From positions 328-64,327 of the forward strand of contig JBMFVV010000007.1 of assembly GCA_049965815.1 (NCBI GenBank): a DNA stretch of 64,000 nt, read 5' to 3'. Below the pieces are notes generated by a model. The model did no database searches and was not told where the DNA came from. It saw only the letters and a list, made by a program, of their open reading frames with translations. The DNA is from Thermoplasmata archaeon (GTDB lineage Archaea > Thermoplasmatota > Thermoplasmata > Thermoplasmatales > GCA-001856825). Both the position numbers and the translations under genes were made by a program. This document shows positions 1-9,715 of the stretch, piece after piece. Within the stretch, counting starts at the first letter, position 1. Each line of letters opens with the position of its first letter.

Positions 1-122
1 TTGCCTACGACAATGTAGGCCTGTGTGGACTTCTTGCCCTTGTTTATTTCCCTGTTGTATATCTCAATGAATTCAGCATTCCTGTGAAGGACGAGTGAAA
101 CTGCACATTCTCGACGTTTCAT
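1..122 (-). CDS. hypothetical protein, N-terminal part only (runs off the left edge)
   Basis: Hand translation of the - strand from the ATG at 122..120 gives MKRRECAVSLVLHRNAEFIEIYNREINKGKKSTQAYIVVG..., open to position 1. It is absent from the ORF track because it is under 60 aa in the window. No family recognised. Confidence 0.3.
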   Translation of the reverse strand, partial: MKRRECAVSLVLHRNAEFIEIYNREINKGKKSTQAYIVVG

Positions 123-134
123 TCTCGACGTTTC
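107..134. repeat. perfect 14 bp tandem duplication (ATTCTCGACGTTTC x2)
   Basis: Read directly: 107-120 and 121-134 are identical. The repeat overlaps the start codon of the - strand partial gene and lies in the divergent spacer before the aminotransferase. Confidence 0.9.
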
Positions 135-168
135 AAAACCTTTTTACCTCTCGAATCGATTTAGGCTC

Positions 169-1365
169 ATGTCGATTAATACACCAGTCAGGAGACAGTT
201 TTCTACTATAGCTAATTCGATGAAACCTTCTGCAATACGATTACTTCTTAAGGTTGCTAACCAGCCAGATATAATTTCATTCGGAGGGGGTCTTCCAAAT
301 CCCGAATCGTTCCCGATTGAAGATATAAGGAAGATTTTTGACGAACAGCTATCAAGAAATGGAAAGAAGATGTTACAGTATGGCGCCACTGAGGGGCTGG
401 ATACACTCAACGTAGCGCTTTCTAAGATGCTCTTGGATAAAGAGGGGATAAAGACTGAACCCAAGGACATAATCCAGACAACTGGATCCCAAGAAGCGCT
501 TTACATGATAGGCAAGATCTTTGCCAATCCAGGGGAATATGTAATAACTGAAGCCCCGACTTATGTAGGAACAATCTCTGCTATTTATGGATCGGGAATC
601 AAAATTCACGGAGTAGAGATGGATCATTACGGAATGAGGATGGATGCACTCAGAGAAACACTCAAGAAATACCCAAACCCCAAGTTCATCTATGTGATTC
701 CAAATTTCCAGAATCCAACGGGCATTACCATGAGTCTGGAGAGGAGAAAGGAACTGCTCGAGATAGCTAACGAAAGGGGGATTACCGTAGTGGAAGATAA
801 CCCATATGGTTCCCTGAGGTTTGCAGGCGCACACGTTCCGGCACTCAGATCGCTAGACAGGGATGTGGTGTATCTCGGTACTTTTTCAAAGGTACTATCA
901 CCAGGCATGAGGCTAGGCTATGTGGTAGCCCCGCCAGACGTGATTGAAAAAATTAACATTGCAAAGCAGGCCCTCGATCTTGCTTCAAGCACTCTTTCAG
1001 AGTATATCGCTGAAGCGTATGTTACCGGAGGGTACATGGACAGGCAGATCCCCAAGATAATTGAGCTTTACAAGCAGAAGAGGGACCTCATGATAGAATC
1101 TTTCGAGAACTATTTCCCGAAGGATGTGGAGTTCACCAGGCCAAACGGTGGAATGTTCCTGTGGGTTACAAGGAAGGGCGCAGATACTGACAAGATGTTC
1201 GATGAGGCAGTAAGGCAGAAAGTACTCTATGTTGTAGGTTCTGCATTCTACCCTGATGGAGACAATCACGAATCCATGAGACTAAACTTCACCTTCAGCT
1301 CGAACGAGAACATAATAGAAGGAGTTAAGAGATTAGCTAAACTGTTTGAACTGACTTCAAAATAA
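169..1365 (+). CDS. PLP-dependent aminotransferase, class I/II (2-aminoadipate/aromatic aminotransferase-like)
   Basis: 398 aa ORF. The N-terminus has ...SMKPSAIRLLLKV...ISFGGGLPNPESFP, typical of the MocR/LysN-type fold-I aminotransferase family. SFSK-like lysine region (TFSKVLSPGMRLGY). Confidence 0.85.
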   Translation: MSINTPVRRQFSTIANSMKPSAIRLLLKVANQPDIISFGGGLPNPESFPIEDIRKIFDEQLSRNGKKMLQYGATEGLDTLNVALSKMLLDKEGIKTEPKDIIQTTGSQEALYMIGKIFANPGEYVITEAPTYVGTISAIYGSGIKIHGVEMDHYGMRMDALRETLKKYPNPKFIYVIPNFQNPTGITMSLERRKELLEIANERGITVVEDNPYGSLRFAGAHVPALRSLDRDVVYLGTFSKVLSPGMRLGYVVAPPDVIEKINIAKQALDLASSTLSEYIAEAYVTGGYMDRQIPKIIELYKQKRDLMIESFENYFPKDVEFTRPNGGMFLWVTRKGADTDKMFDEAVRQKVLYVVGSAFYPDGDNHESMRLNFTFSSNENIIEGVKRLAKLFELTSK

Positions 1366-1431
1366 ATCCATGTATTCCTTCACTATTCTTTATCCAGGGC
1401 TTCCCTGACAGTATACGTCGGGAACTCTGGG

Positions 1432-2283
1432 TTATATATATTTTCTAAGACTAGAAGCTGCAATCTCCGAAACGGACATTTTCGAGAATGGCCCTTCCAC
1501 AGTATCGGTTGTTGAAATGCTGTCTACAAATCCTGCATACTTAGAAGTACCGGAAACGAAGAGACCGTGAACGCAATACACATTTATCGCCTTTGCACCA
1601 TTTTGCTTCAGAACTTTCGAAGATTCGAGGATTGTCCCGCCTGTTGAAATCATATCGTCTGTCAGAGCAACAACTTTGTCTTTTACACTGACACCTTCAG
1701 GTATTGTGATTTCAACCTTTGTGTCTGAGACCCTCTTCTTGTTCAGATATATAGAATCCAAACCAGCTACCTTTGATATGTTCTCGCTTTCCACCTTGAA
1801 CCCATCGTCTGGAGAAATCACCAGGTCATTCCCATCCTCCTTTACCTTTCTACCAATCACCGATTCGGCCCTGATCTCCTCCCCTTTCTTTCCAAGGAAT
1901 GCCATACCTTCAGGTGAGTGCATGTTTACAACGAATATCTTGTCAAACTTCTCCGTGAAAAGATTTGATAGAACCCTGGCACTTACTGCTTCATATGGTT
2001 GGAACATCGCGTCCTGCCTTGCGTAGCCAAAATAGGGAACCAGAAGTATAGGCTTCTTCACTCCTGCGTTGAGAGATGCATCGACCGTAAGCAGGATGTC
2101 TATTATGCCAGAGTCTGGATAAGTGCTGCCTACAATTATTGCTTCATCGAGCTGTTCTTCTAACCTTACATATAGCTCTCCGTCTGCAAATCTCCTCCTG
2201 CTTATCCTCGCAAGAGGTACGTCGAGAATGGATGATATCTTTGAAGATAGTCCCTCTGAATTGCTTGTTGAAACAATCTTCAC
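1432..2283 (-). CDS. prs: ribose-phosphate pyrophosphokinase (PRPP synthetase)
   Basis: 283 aa. RRFADGELYVRLEE near the N-terminus and the PRPP-binding loop VALTDDMISTGGTI are diagnostic for the Prs family. Confidence 0.9.
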   Translation of the reverse strand: MKIVSTSNSEGLSSKISSILDVPLARISRRRFADGELYVRLEEQLDEAIIVGSTYPDSGIIDILLTVDASLNAGVKKPILLVPYFGYARQDAMFQPYEAVSARVLSNLFTEKFDKIFVVNMHSPEGMAFLGKKGEEIRAESVIGRKVKEDGNDLVISPDDGFKVESENISKVAGLDSIYLNKKRVSDTKVEITIPEGVSVKDKVVALTDDMISTGGTILESSKVLKQNGAKAINVYCVHGLFVSGTSKYAGFVDSISTTDTVEGPFSKMSVSEIAASSLRKYI

Positions 2284-2312
2284 GGCACTAAATTTCCTCT
2301 GAGTTAAAGATG

Positions 2313-3329
2313 TTACTGCTCATTGAGCTTCATCAACTCTTCTATCCTGAATCCACATTTATTTTCAAGATAAAGATATAGACGTTTCAACCTTGGAATT
2401 TCTGAAGAGAGCCCTTTTCGCCTGTAATCTTCTGCAATCTCATCAATTGTTACAACTCTATCCCCGTTGAGTAGCGTATCAGCGTTGCATACTATCTTCT
2501 CTTCTAAAGTCCTAGGAATGTAGTCTTGGTCTGGAAGCTTCAGCTTCCTTGCCGTGCGCTTCAGCAATCCTGCACCCACGTGAGTACTGCAGAACCTGGC
2601 GATTGTTTCGTCCATCCCTTCCCTCTTCAGAATCTTGTATCCTTCAACACCGTGAAATATACTGTGGGTGACTGTTCTTCCTATGTCATGAAGTAGTGCA
2701 CCCGCCTCCAGCAGACGCGCGTCAGAATTGCATCCTTCTCCAATCTTGAGGGCAACCCTGCTACACATAATAGAGTGTCTTTTTAGCCTATCATCTGCCC
2801 CGTATTTTTCCAGGAGTGCGAGACATTCGTCCCTCCCCGGTATTCTCAAGACTCTCTTACCCCTTTCTTCAGGAATGATCCTCAACTCGCCTTTCAGCTC
2901 CTTCCCTCTGCCAAGTCTGTCTAGAAAAATGGAAAGAGCAGACACCTCTGAGTGGGGCTGATTCTTAACTGCCACATTGAAATCAGAAAGGTCATAGATA
3001 ACCCTCGGGACCTTCTCGGAACCAACAATTACCATTATATCTTCATACTTCCTGATTTCCTCTATCTTGCGCTCCAGTGGCATTCCATACATGGTAAGAT
3101 GAACCTTCTTTCCTTTGAATTTCTTTATCTCTTCCATGGAGTTTCCAAACCCTATCTCAAAATTTCCACCAAACTTTCTTGTAACGTTGTTTATCGTCCG
3201 TGCCAGTTTGTCATCTACTTTATCGACGATGATCTTGTCTGCTCCGAAAGCCCGTGAAACTAGTGCTACGTGCGTTGTTATTCTCTTGTCTCTATCCGGT
3301 CTGTGTCCTATTCTAAGGACTGTGATCAA
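2313..3329 (-). CDS. tRNA (cytidine56-2'-O)-methyltransferase aTrm56 fused to a C-terminal HD-domain phosphohydrolase
   Basis: 338 aa. The N-terminal ~175 aa ([35 protein letters not shown]...[17 protein letters not shown]) matches the SPOUT aTrm56 family. The C-terminal ~155 aa carries an HD motif (ALLHDIGR ... THVGAG ... NADTL). Confidence 0.8.
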   Translation of the reverse strand: MITVLRIGHRPDRDKRITTHVALVSRAFGADKIIVDKVDDKLARTINNVTRKFGGNFEIGFGNSMEEIKKFKGKKVHLTMYGMPLERKIEEIRKYEDIMVIVGSEKVPRVIYDLSDFNVAVKNQPHSEVSALSIFLDRLGRGKELKGELRIIPEERGKRVLRIPGRDECLALLEKYGADDRLKRHSIMCSRVALKIGEGCNSDARLLEAGALLHDIGRTVTHSIFHGVEGYKILKREGMDETIARFCSTHVGAGLLKRTARKLKLPDQDYIPRTLEEKIVCNADTLLNGDRVVTIDEIAEDYRRKGLSSEIPRLKRLYLYLENKCGFRIEELMKLNEQ

Positions 3330-3817
3330 GGTACTTTCTCCACCCTCATTCCCTTTATCGTTAGGTGCTTGCTTCTCTTGATGATTGCCCTAACATATGT
3401 TGGCGATTGCTGCAGCTTCTCCTGTATTTCTGCTATGTATTGAACGCCGTCGTCAATCATCTTGGTTATCTTATGACAGTAATTTTCAACTTCGTCGTCT
3501 CCAAGAGAGGCAACATATATCACGTCGCCAGCTTCCTCAGTTGGCAATAAAATGTTAATCTGAATGCTTGTATAGTAATTATGAAAAACCTTCTTCGGTC
3601 CATTTGGCGTATTGGACCATTGAGACTCTACGAATTTTATCTTCTCCATATATTTCAGGTATTCAACGGCCTTAGCTCCTAGCTTCTGCTTGACTTCATC
3701 TTCAGTCATCCAGTTTTGGTTTAGTAACTTCAAAAGCTCACTTTTTGTCCTGTCATTTGAAATTGTAAAAATTGTTACTAAATCACCTACATCATTAACG
3801 ACCTTGATCTTATTCAT
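3326..3817 (-). CDS. hypothetical protein, possible winged-helix DNA-binding protein
   Basis: 163 aa ORF. Its stop overlaps the trm56-HD start by 4 nt, which suggests an operon. The helix-rich sequence is only weakly suggestive of wHTH. No firm family assignment. Confidence 0.4.
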   Translation of the reverse strand: MNKIKVVNDVGDLVTIFTISNDRTKSELLKLLNQNWMTEDEVKQKLGAKAVEYLKYMEKIKFVESQWSNTPNGPKKVFHNYYTSIQINILLPTEEAGDVIYVASLGDDEVENYCHKITKMIDDGVQYIAEIQEKLQQSPTYVRAIIKRSKHLTIKGMRVEKVP

Positions 3818-3895
3818 AGACTTTCCCGTTATCTCTTCGTTATTTAAATACCTTCATTCATCGATCCATACTTTTCAAACTTTCATAGTTCTTTG

Positions 3896-5371
3896 CTAGT
3901 CTCTCTTTATTGCTATCTGGTGAGCCAGAATGAAAGGCACTGCTACCCATAGTATAGCTGATATCAGTAACAGAGCTGGTGTGACACCGAAGTTTGCTGG
4001 ATTTATACTCTGTGACGAACCTGATCCTCCTAGGCCACCAGACAGGCTATGGGTGATGAACAGCTGAAACAGGGATGCGTATCCTGCTGGGTTTGCATAG
4101 TCAAAGATGACCTGCAAAGTCAGGTAGGTTGATGAGCCAGATACTATTGAAAACACTGAGACAATGACATCGAATATGACGGTCCAGAATAGGGCAAAGA
4201 TCATGAAGACAGCTATGAGTGCTCCCAGGAGAGCTCCGGGGGATTTCAGTAGATGGGAGAATAGGTAAGCAATTGCAAGGAAGGAAATTCCAATGATTGA
4301 ATAGGCCCACGACACATACAGAACGAAAGATACAGGCATGAATAGGTGGAAGTACTTGAACGATATCAGGTCGCTCACAAGGATTGCGGCCACAATTGAA
4401 GAAGCAACAACAACTGAGTTAGCCGCGAATCGAGAACGGATAGCTCCACCCTTCGTGATGGGCCTCTTTATTACTGTTTCCAGTACCCCCATAACTCTAT
4501 CCTTGCCGTACGTGAAATATGCCATGAACACCGCTAGAAGTGGAATGAATATTACGAGGAGGGAACTTTCAATGGAGAAGAATGCAGACTCTAGAGAGCT
4601 GACCGTTGAAGGCTTGTAGAGCGAAAGCGGTCCGATAGGTGACTTGAAGAAAACAGATGAGGAGACTCCGCTCTTGATATACAGTCCATAAGTCTTGTTT
4701 ATAGCTGCTGAACCCAGGGATGGAAATATGCTGAGATGGGTGAACGAAGAGTATTCGTGTTCCCAGATGTAACTGGTACTCATAACTCCGGAAGTTACGG
4801 TGGCAAGGTTTACGTCAATTACTGGCGCTGTATGATTTCCAGCGGCTCCAACGTAGAAAAGAAGAAATCCTAGACTTGAAGTATTGCTGGGATTCGATAT
4901 CCCTGTGACAACGTTCAGCCCGGAGTACTTTGTGTCGACGACGTTGATAGTCATGGATGTATTGGTGCTAGTCTTCAGACCGAATGACGATTTATAGGTA
5001 TAGTTCAGCGTGATGTACACCGACGTTGATCTGTCGATCCTGTCCTGTGGCAGGGCCGTTGCATTAAATTCAAGAGTCCCGGGGGACATTTCTGTTCCTA
5101 GAAATCTCGTACCATTCAGGATGGCATTTGCATTAACGTCACTCACTGGGTTTCCACTCTGATCGTAGAAATATGAGATCAGCGTGACTGTGTTTCCAGT
5201 GACATAATACCCTGTAACTTCGTTAGTAGAGCTAATCCTGGCGCTGTGGGAGGTTGAGGAAACGCCACCTTCGTACGATATGAGAGCAGAAAGTCCTATG
5301 ATCGCGACGATCAAAACTATGGAGAATCTGTTGGTGATGGACCTCTTTATTTCGTAGAATACCGGTCTCAA
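3896..5371 (-). CDS. ABC-2-type transporter permease with a large extracytoplasmic loop
   Basis: 491 aa. N-terminal TM (RFSIVLIVAIIGLSALISY), then ~230 aa of Ser/Thr/Asn-rich ectodomain with many N-x-S/T sequons, then five or more C-terminal TM helices. Lies downstream of an ABC ATPase and a surface protein on the same strand. Confidence 0.6.
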   Translation of the reverse strand: MRPVFYEIKRSITNRFSIVLIVAIIGLSALISYEGGVSSTSHSARISSTNEVTGYYVTGNTVTLISYFYDQSGNPVSDVNANAILNGTRFLGTEMSPGTLEFNATALPQDRIDRSTSVYITLNYTYKSSFGLKTSTNTSMTINVVDTKYSGLNVVTGISNPSNTSSLGFLLFYVGAAGNHTAPVIDVNLATVTSGVMSTSYIWEHEYSSFTHLSIFPSLGSAAINKTYGLYIKSGVSSSVFFKSPIGPLSLYKPSTVSSLESAFFSIESSLLVIFIPLLAVFMAYFTYGKDRVMGVLETVIKRPITKGGAIRSRFAANSVVVASSIVAAILVSDLISFKYFHLFMPVSFVLYVSWAYSIIGISFLAIAYLFSHLLKSPGALLGALIAVFMIFALFWTVIFDVIVSVFSIVSGSSTYLTLQVIFDYANPAGYASLFQLFITHSLSGGLGGSGSSQSINPANFGVTPALLLISAILWVAVPFILAHQIAIKRD

Positions 5372-5535
5372 TGTCTATCCACCCCAGTGATTGATAAGCC
5401 TGATAATTTTTGAGCTAATTTGAATTTTAGATGGGCTGAGGGCAGATAATTTGCTCTCACAGACAGCCTCCAACTCGACTAAAATTTCTGACCCAGACAT
5501 CATTGAATGATTACCTTCTTACCAATCCCCATCAT

Positions 5536-7530
5536 CTATATCATTGCCCTACTGCCCTTCTTTCTTCTATTCCTTCTCCTGATTACAATTGCAACGCCAA
5601 CGATGATTAAAATCACGATTACTAGAGTAGTGATCAGTACAGCTATTGCCCCCAACGGAGTGTACCTCCTGACTGTTGGGGTAGTATGATTTACCAAACT
5701 GCTTGGAGTCTGGAAAGCTATCGTGTGGGATGCTATTGTGGAGTTCACAGTCTGACCATAATAGTTTTGATATCCGACCATTATGGAAACCAGGGCGGAC
5801 CCATTGCTAACTCCAGAAGGTAAATTTAATGTTAGGCTGAAGGGTGTTGGAGTGTTTGAGTCTATTTCCCCAAGGTAAGTAGTTCCTGAGGTAGATAGGC
5901 TCTGCTGTGCAAACGTAACCTCCAGGGTCAGGTAGTATGCAGATCCAGCTCCTTCGTCTAGCAGAGTGCCGCTTACAGTTATGGTGCTTCCAGAAGCATT
6001 CTCAGAAAAGCCCTGTACAATTAGCGATACTGGTGCAATTGCAAGGAACCCTGTGGAATATGTTTTTGTCGCCACGCTCCCAGTACTGTTGTAGTAATCT
6101 ATATCAACGGTGGCAGCGTATGATCCCTGAGCGGAAGTCGGTGAACTGCTTAAGGTTACAGGTACCGTTAAACTATCTCCTGACTTGAGAGTAACTCCGG
6201 GGTAATAGAGAGTGGAATTTCCCGTTACGGTAAAACCTGAAGGAGCAGAAAATTCAATCAGCGGTGATGATACAGTTGAATTACCGATGTTAGTTATGTC
6301 AAGAACTGCTGTTGAATTAATTCCAAGCAGTATGTAAGGAGAGACGAATTTGACTTCCAAGGACACGTTTTCCGAATTGCTCGTCTGTTGAGTGTGGAAT
6401 CCGATGTTTACCTGTTCTGAAGATTGCACTCCCGAGAGGGTAACGAAAGACTCAGTAAAATCAATTGTAACTGCTCCAGATACCGAACTCGAGACGTAAA
6501 TTGGTTCTACCCATATGAAGGAGCGTCCTACCCCTAGGGATGCGATTAACGGAAACTGCTTGAGGAAGCTCAACTGCGACTGGGATGTAGCTGACGACTG
6601 TACATTCGAAATGTTGCCGTTACCGTTATTAATGAAGGTGAAAGAAATGTTGTTAGTTTTACCAGGATTCAGCAGAACGGTTGAGGAAGTGATATTAATG
6701 GAAATTAATGACGGTTGAACCTGGAAACTGGTGTCGTTACTGGTTGACTCCTGGGTTCCATAAGGGTTGTCGAATGTGACAGTGAAATTCATTGAGACCG
6801 CACCAGATACCGTACTTGCTGCATATACTTGGGCCGTGAAGTTATATATATCCTTTGAACCCAGCAAATTAACGGTAGGTAGAGACTTCATTAGAGTCAG
6901 CTGCGACTGAGTACTTGCGCTTATCCTGAGATTTGAGACATTGCCCGTTCCTTGGTTGTATATTGACATCTTCAGATAGTTTGTCTGCCCTGGTATCACA
7001 GTACCTGCGGAAGATGTGATCTTGAGGGAAGTTGTTCCTAGATAAGTGATGTTAAGATTGAACGTCTGGTTTGCGCTGTACGCCCCTGTGCCGGAGTACG
7101 GCAGGGATGTCCAGTACTGAACCCTCAGTGAAAAGTTGTAGTGACCCTTACCGGCGTTATTAAGAGCATAGATGGGATAAGACAGTTCGAAGTATCCAAC
7201 CTGGATATTTGTCTTTGAAAGTTGCTCAGAAGAAACATTTCCTGAGCCGTAAAATGAGTGGGGTAAGTTAAGGTTGAACTGTGCAAGACTGACTGTTCCC
7301 GCATCATCCATTCCTATCTGGAGCTGGTATGAATTTGCGATACCCTGTTCAGACAGCGTTGTGTTTAAGACGCTGAACGGGTACCCGTACTGGGGTGCCG
7401 ATTGAGCGTCGTTTTGTGCGCTTGAAATTGCAGGTATTGCTACGCTCATGACCGTCGTCGCAAGTATCAATATCACAATAGGCGCTCTAAGTCCTGACAT
7501 TCCATTCTTCTTTCTTCCAAAATATTTCAT
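5536..7530 (-). CDS. secreted, membrane-anchored surface protein with 4-5 CARDB/COG1361-like (S-layer-domain) repeats
   Basis: 664 aa. N-terminal signal/TM (APIVILILATTVMSVAIPAISSA). Internally repeated ~95 aa modules (e.g. NQGTGNVSNLRISASTQSQLTLMKSLP... versus NNGNGNISNVQSSATSQSQLSFLKQFP...). C-terminal TM plus a basic tail (IRRRNRRKKGS). Very many N-x-S/T sequons. Confidence 0.6.
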   Translation of the reverse strand: MKYFGRKKNGMSGLRAPIVILILATTVMSVAIPAISSAQNDAQSAPQYGYPFSVLNTTLSEQGIANSYQLQIGMDDAGTVSLAQFNLNLPHSFYGSGNVSSEQLSKTNIQVGYFELSYPIYALNNAGKGHYNFSLRVQYWTSLPYSGTGAYSANQTFNLNITYLGTTSLKITSSAGTVIPGQTNYLKMSIYNQGTGNVSNLRISASTQSQLTLMKSLPTVNLLGSKDIYNFTAQVYAASTVSGAVSMNFTVTFDNPYGTQESTSNDTSFQVQPSLISINITSSTVLLNPGKTNNISFTFINNGNGNISNVQSSATSQSQLSFLKQFPLIASLGVGRSFIWVEPIYVSSSVSGAVTIDFTESFVTLSGVQSSEQVNIGFHTQQTSNSENVSLEVKFVSPYILLGINSTAVLDITNIGNSTVSSPLIEFSAPSGFTVTGNSTLYYPGVTLKSGDSLTVPVTLSSSPTSAQGSYAATVDIDYYNSTGSVATKTYSTGFLAIAPVSLIVQGFSENASGSTITVSGTLLDEGAGSAYYLTLEVTFAQQSLSTSGTTYLGEIDSNTPTPFSLTLNLPSGVSNGSALVSIMVGYQNYYGQTVNSTIASHTIAFQTPSSLVNHTTPTVRRYTPLGAIAVLITTLVIVILIIVGVAIVIRRRNRRKKGSRAMI

Positions 7531-7663
7531 TATATCACTCCTTCAATTATTTTTATTCTCTTGAATCTGGCTGAATTAAACAATTCGTCTCTCTGCTGAT
7601 GCATCATAAAAGCTTTCGATTTCCCTGGAATTCTTGCATTTAGATTAAGCATATGGTACATAT

Positions 7664-8605
7664 CTATTCACTTATGGCATTGAAGAAATATTCTTCTAGT
7701 GATTCCCCGGAGGGCTCAAATTTTCGTACCTTGTAACCAGCCTGCACCAATTCCTGAAGAATATTAGGGTAGTCCTTCTTGTCAACCCTCAGGGACGTCA
7801 CCGAAATACCATCGCTTGTATTTTTGACATCTCCATATTTCGAGACTATTGCCAGTGACTTATCATCAAGATTGTCTATTTCAATTGCGATTCTTTCACG
7901 ACCCAGCTCATTTAGCTCTTTCCTGTCGAGTACCTTTATTAGCTTCCCGTGATGGATTATAGCAATACGATCCGATAAAGCTTCTATCTCACTCAGTATG
8001 TGTGAGGAGAGGAGCACCGCTTTCCCCTTCTTCTTCTGATCGATTATAAGATTTCTCACGAATTGTACCCCTTCCGGATCCAGGCCATTGAGCGTTTCGT
8101 CGAACATGAGATTGTTGGGGTCCCCAATAAGGGATTCCGCAAGGGAGAACCTCTTCTTCATCCCCTGTGAATACGCCCTCAACTTCTTGTTTCTATGATC
8201 CCACAGACCTACCTGCTTGAGCAGTTCTTCTATGTGCTCATTCTCCTGAGCCTTGGTCATGCCGTAGTAGCCTGCAAAGTACCTAAGGAGTGGTACAGGT
8301 TTGGCATTCATTTCGAAATTGGGCAGCTCCGGAACCCAACCGATCTGCCTTGATGCATCTGTCTTCTCTTTAGTGATGCTTTTACCATCTACAAGGACGT
8401 CACCTGAAGTTGGAAGCGTAACACCAGCTGCTATCCTGATTGTTGTTGATTTCCCAGCACCATTTAAACCCACGAATCCCAATATTTCCCCGTCTTTGAT
8501 CTCAAGGGTGAGATCATCTACTGCTGCCCTTTCCTTTGCAGAGTATATTTTCGTTAGATTATCAATAGTTATCATCTGGACATTCCTGATTTTTGTATCT
8601 TCCAT
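7664..8605 (-). CDS. ABC transporter ATP-binding protein
   Basis: 313 aa. Walker A GLNGAGKSTT, signature-like YSQGMKKR, Walker B LMFDETLNGLD, H-loop SSHIL. Confidence 0.9.
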   Translation of the reverse strand: MEDTKIRNVQMITIDNLTKIYSAKERAAVDDLTLEIKDGEILGFVGLNGAGKSTTIRIAAGVTLPTSGDVLVDGKSITKEKTDASRQIGWVPELPNFEMNAKPVPLLRYFAGYYGMTKAQENEHIEELLKQVGLWDHRNKKLRAYSQGMKKRFSLAESLIGDPNNLMFDETLNGLDPEGVQFVRNLIIDQKKKGKAVLLSSHILSEIEALSDRIAIIHHGKLIKVLDRKELNELGRERIAIEIDNLDDKSLAIVSKYGDVKNTSDGISVTSLRVDKKDYPNILQELVQAGYKVRKFEPSGESLEEYFFNAISE

Positions 8606-8704
8606 ATCACAGATTTAGATATTAAACTTCTTTTGTAGATTTATTTGCATATAATTATCATTGTTTTCCGAGAACTTTCTTATAAACCAAAAACATAAAG
8701 GAGC

Positions 8705-9715
8705 ATGGACTTCGTTTCCAAATACAAGGGACAGGTTGACGCAGCATTGGAGAAGTTCTTTGCTGACAAGATTGCAGGGAAGTCCGGTATCGAGAAGGAG
8801 GCAATATTAAAATTGAGGGAATTCACAATGAGGGGGGGTAAGAGGATAAGACCCCTTTTCATGATTCTTGGTTACTGGATCAATTCTGACATTGATAGTA
8901 AAATCATCGACGCATCTATTTCACTAGAACTCATGCAGTCATACCTGCTGATTCATGATGACATAATAGACCAGAGCGAGATAAGGAGGGGCGGTCCAAC
9001 TTTCCACAGGATGTTCGGTTATGAAGAGAGGATAAACGAAGGCGTATCCATAGTCTGTGCCGATCTTTCAGATGCATATTCCCATGAAGCCCTCCTTGGA
9101 GTGAATTTCGATCCGTATCGCCTGAATTCGGCCATGAGGCTAATGTCTGAAATTGTGGAGCAAACTGGAATTGGCCAGCTGATGGACATAACGCTTTCAA
9201 TTGGAGAAAACATTACTCTTGAAGACGTTACAACCATCCACAAATACAAGACTGCCCAATACACAGTAAATGGCCCAATGAAGATGGGTGCCATACTGTC
9301 TGGATATAAACATCCAGAAAGGATCGATGATTACGGCATACCACTTGGAATAGCCTTTCAGATCCAGGACGACATCCTGGGGATGTTCGGCAATGAGAAG
9401 GAATTGGGAAAATCTGTTGTTAGTGATTTTGAAGAAGGGAAGAAGACACACCTTATTCTGAACACGTATGAAATGGCTAGGAAGAGTGACGTTGAATTCA
9501 TAAAGGAAAGACTTGGAAAGAAGGGCATTTCAAATGCTGATTTCCAGAGGGTGAAGGAAATCATAGAAGAGTGTGGGGCACTGGAAAAGACGAGAGAGTT
9601 ATCAAAGAAATATTATGACAGCGCGATTTCCTCAATCGATCGAATTACCAATTCTCCTCCTCAGAAAGAACAGATGAAGATTATGGCAGACCTAATGGTC
9701 GTGAGGTCTAAGTAA
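8705..9715 (+). CDS. trans-polyprenyl diphosphate synthase (geranylgeranyl diphosphate synthase-like)
   Basis: 336 aa. First Asp-rich motif LIHDDIIDQSEIRRG and second motif FQIQDDILGMFG. AAGGAG Shine-Dalgarno sequence 5 nt upstream of the ATG. Confidence 0.85.
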   Translation: MDFVSKYKGQVDAALEKFFADKIAGKSGIEKEAILKLREFTMRGGKRIRPLFMILGYWINSDIDSKIIDASISLELMQSYLLIHDDIIDQSEIRRGGPTFHRMFGYEERINEGVSIVCADLSDAYSHEALLGVNFDPYRLNSAMRLMSEIVEQTGIGQLMDITLSIGENITLEDVTTIHKYKTAQYTVNGPMKMGAILSGYKHPERIDDYGIPLGIAFQIQDDILGMFGNEKELGKSVVSDFEEGKKTHLILNTYEMARKSDVEFIKERLGKKGISNADFQRVKEIIEECGALEKTRELSKKYYDSAISSIDRITNSPPQKEQMKIMADLMVVRSK

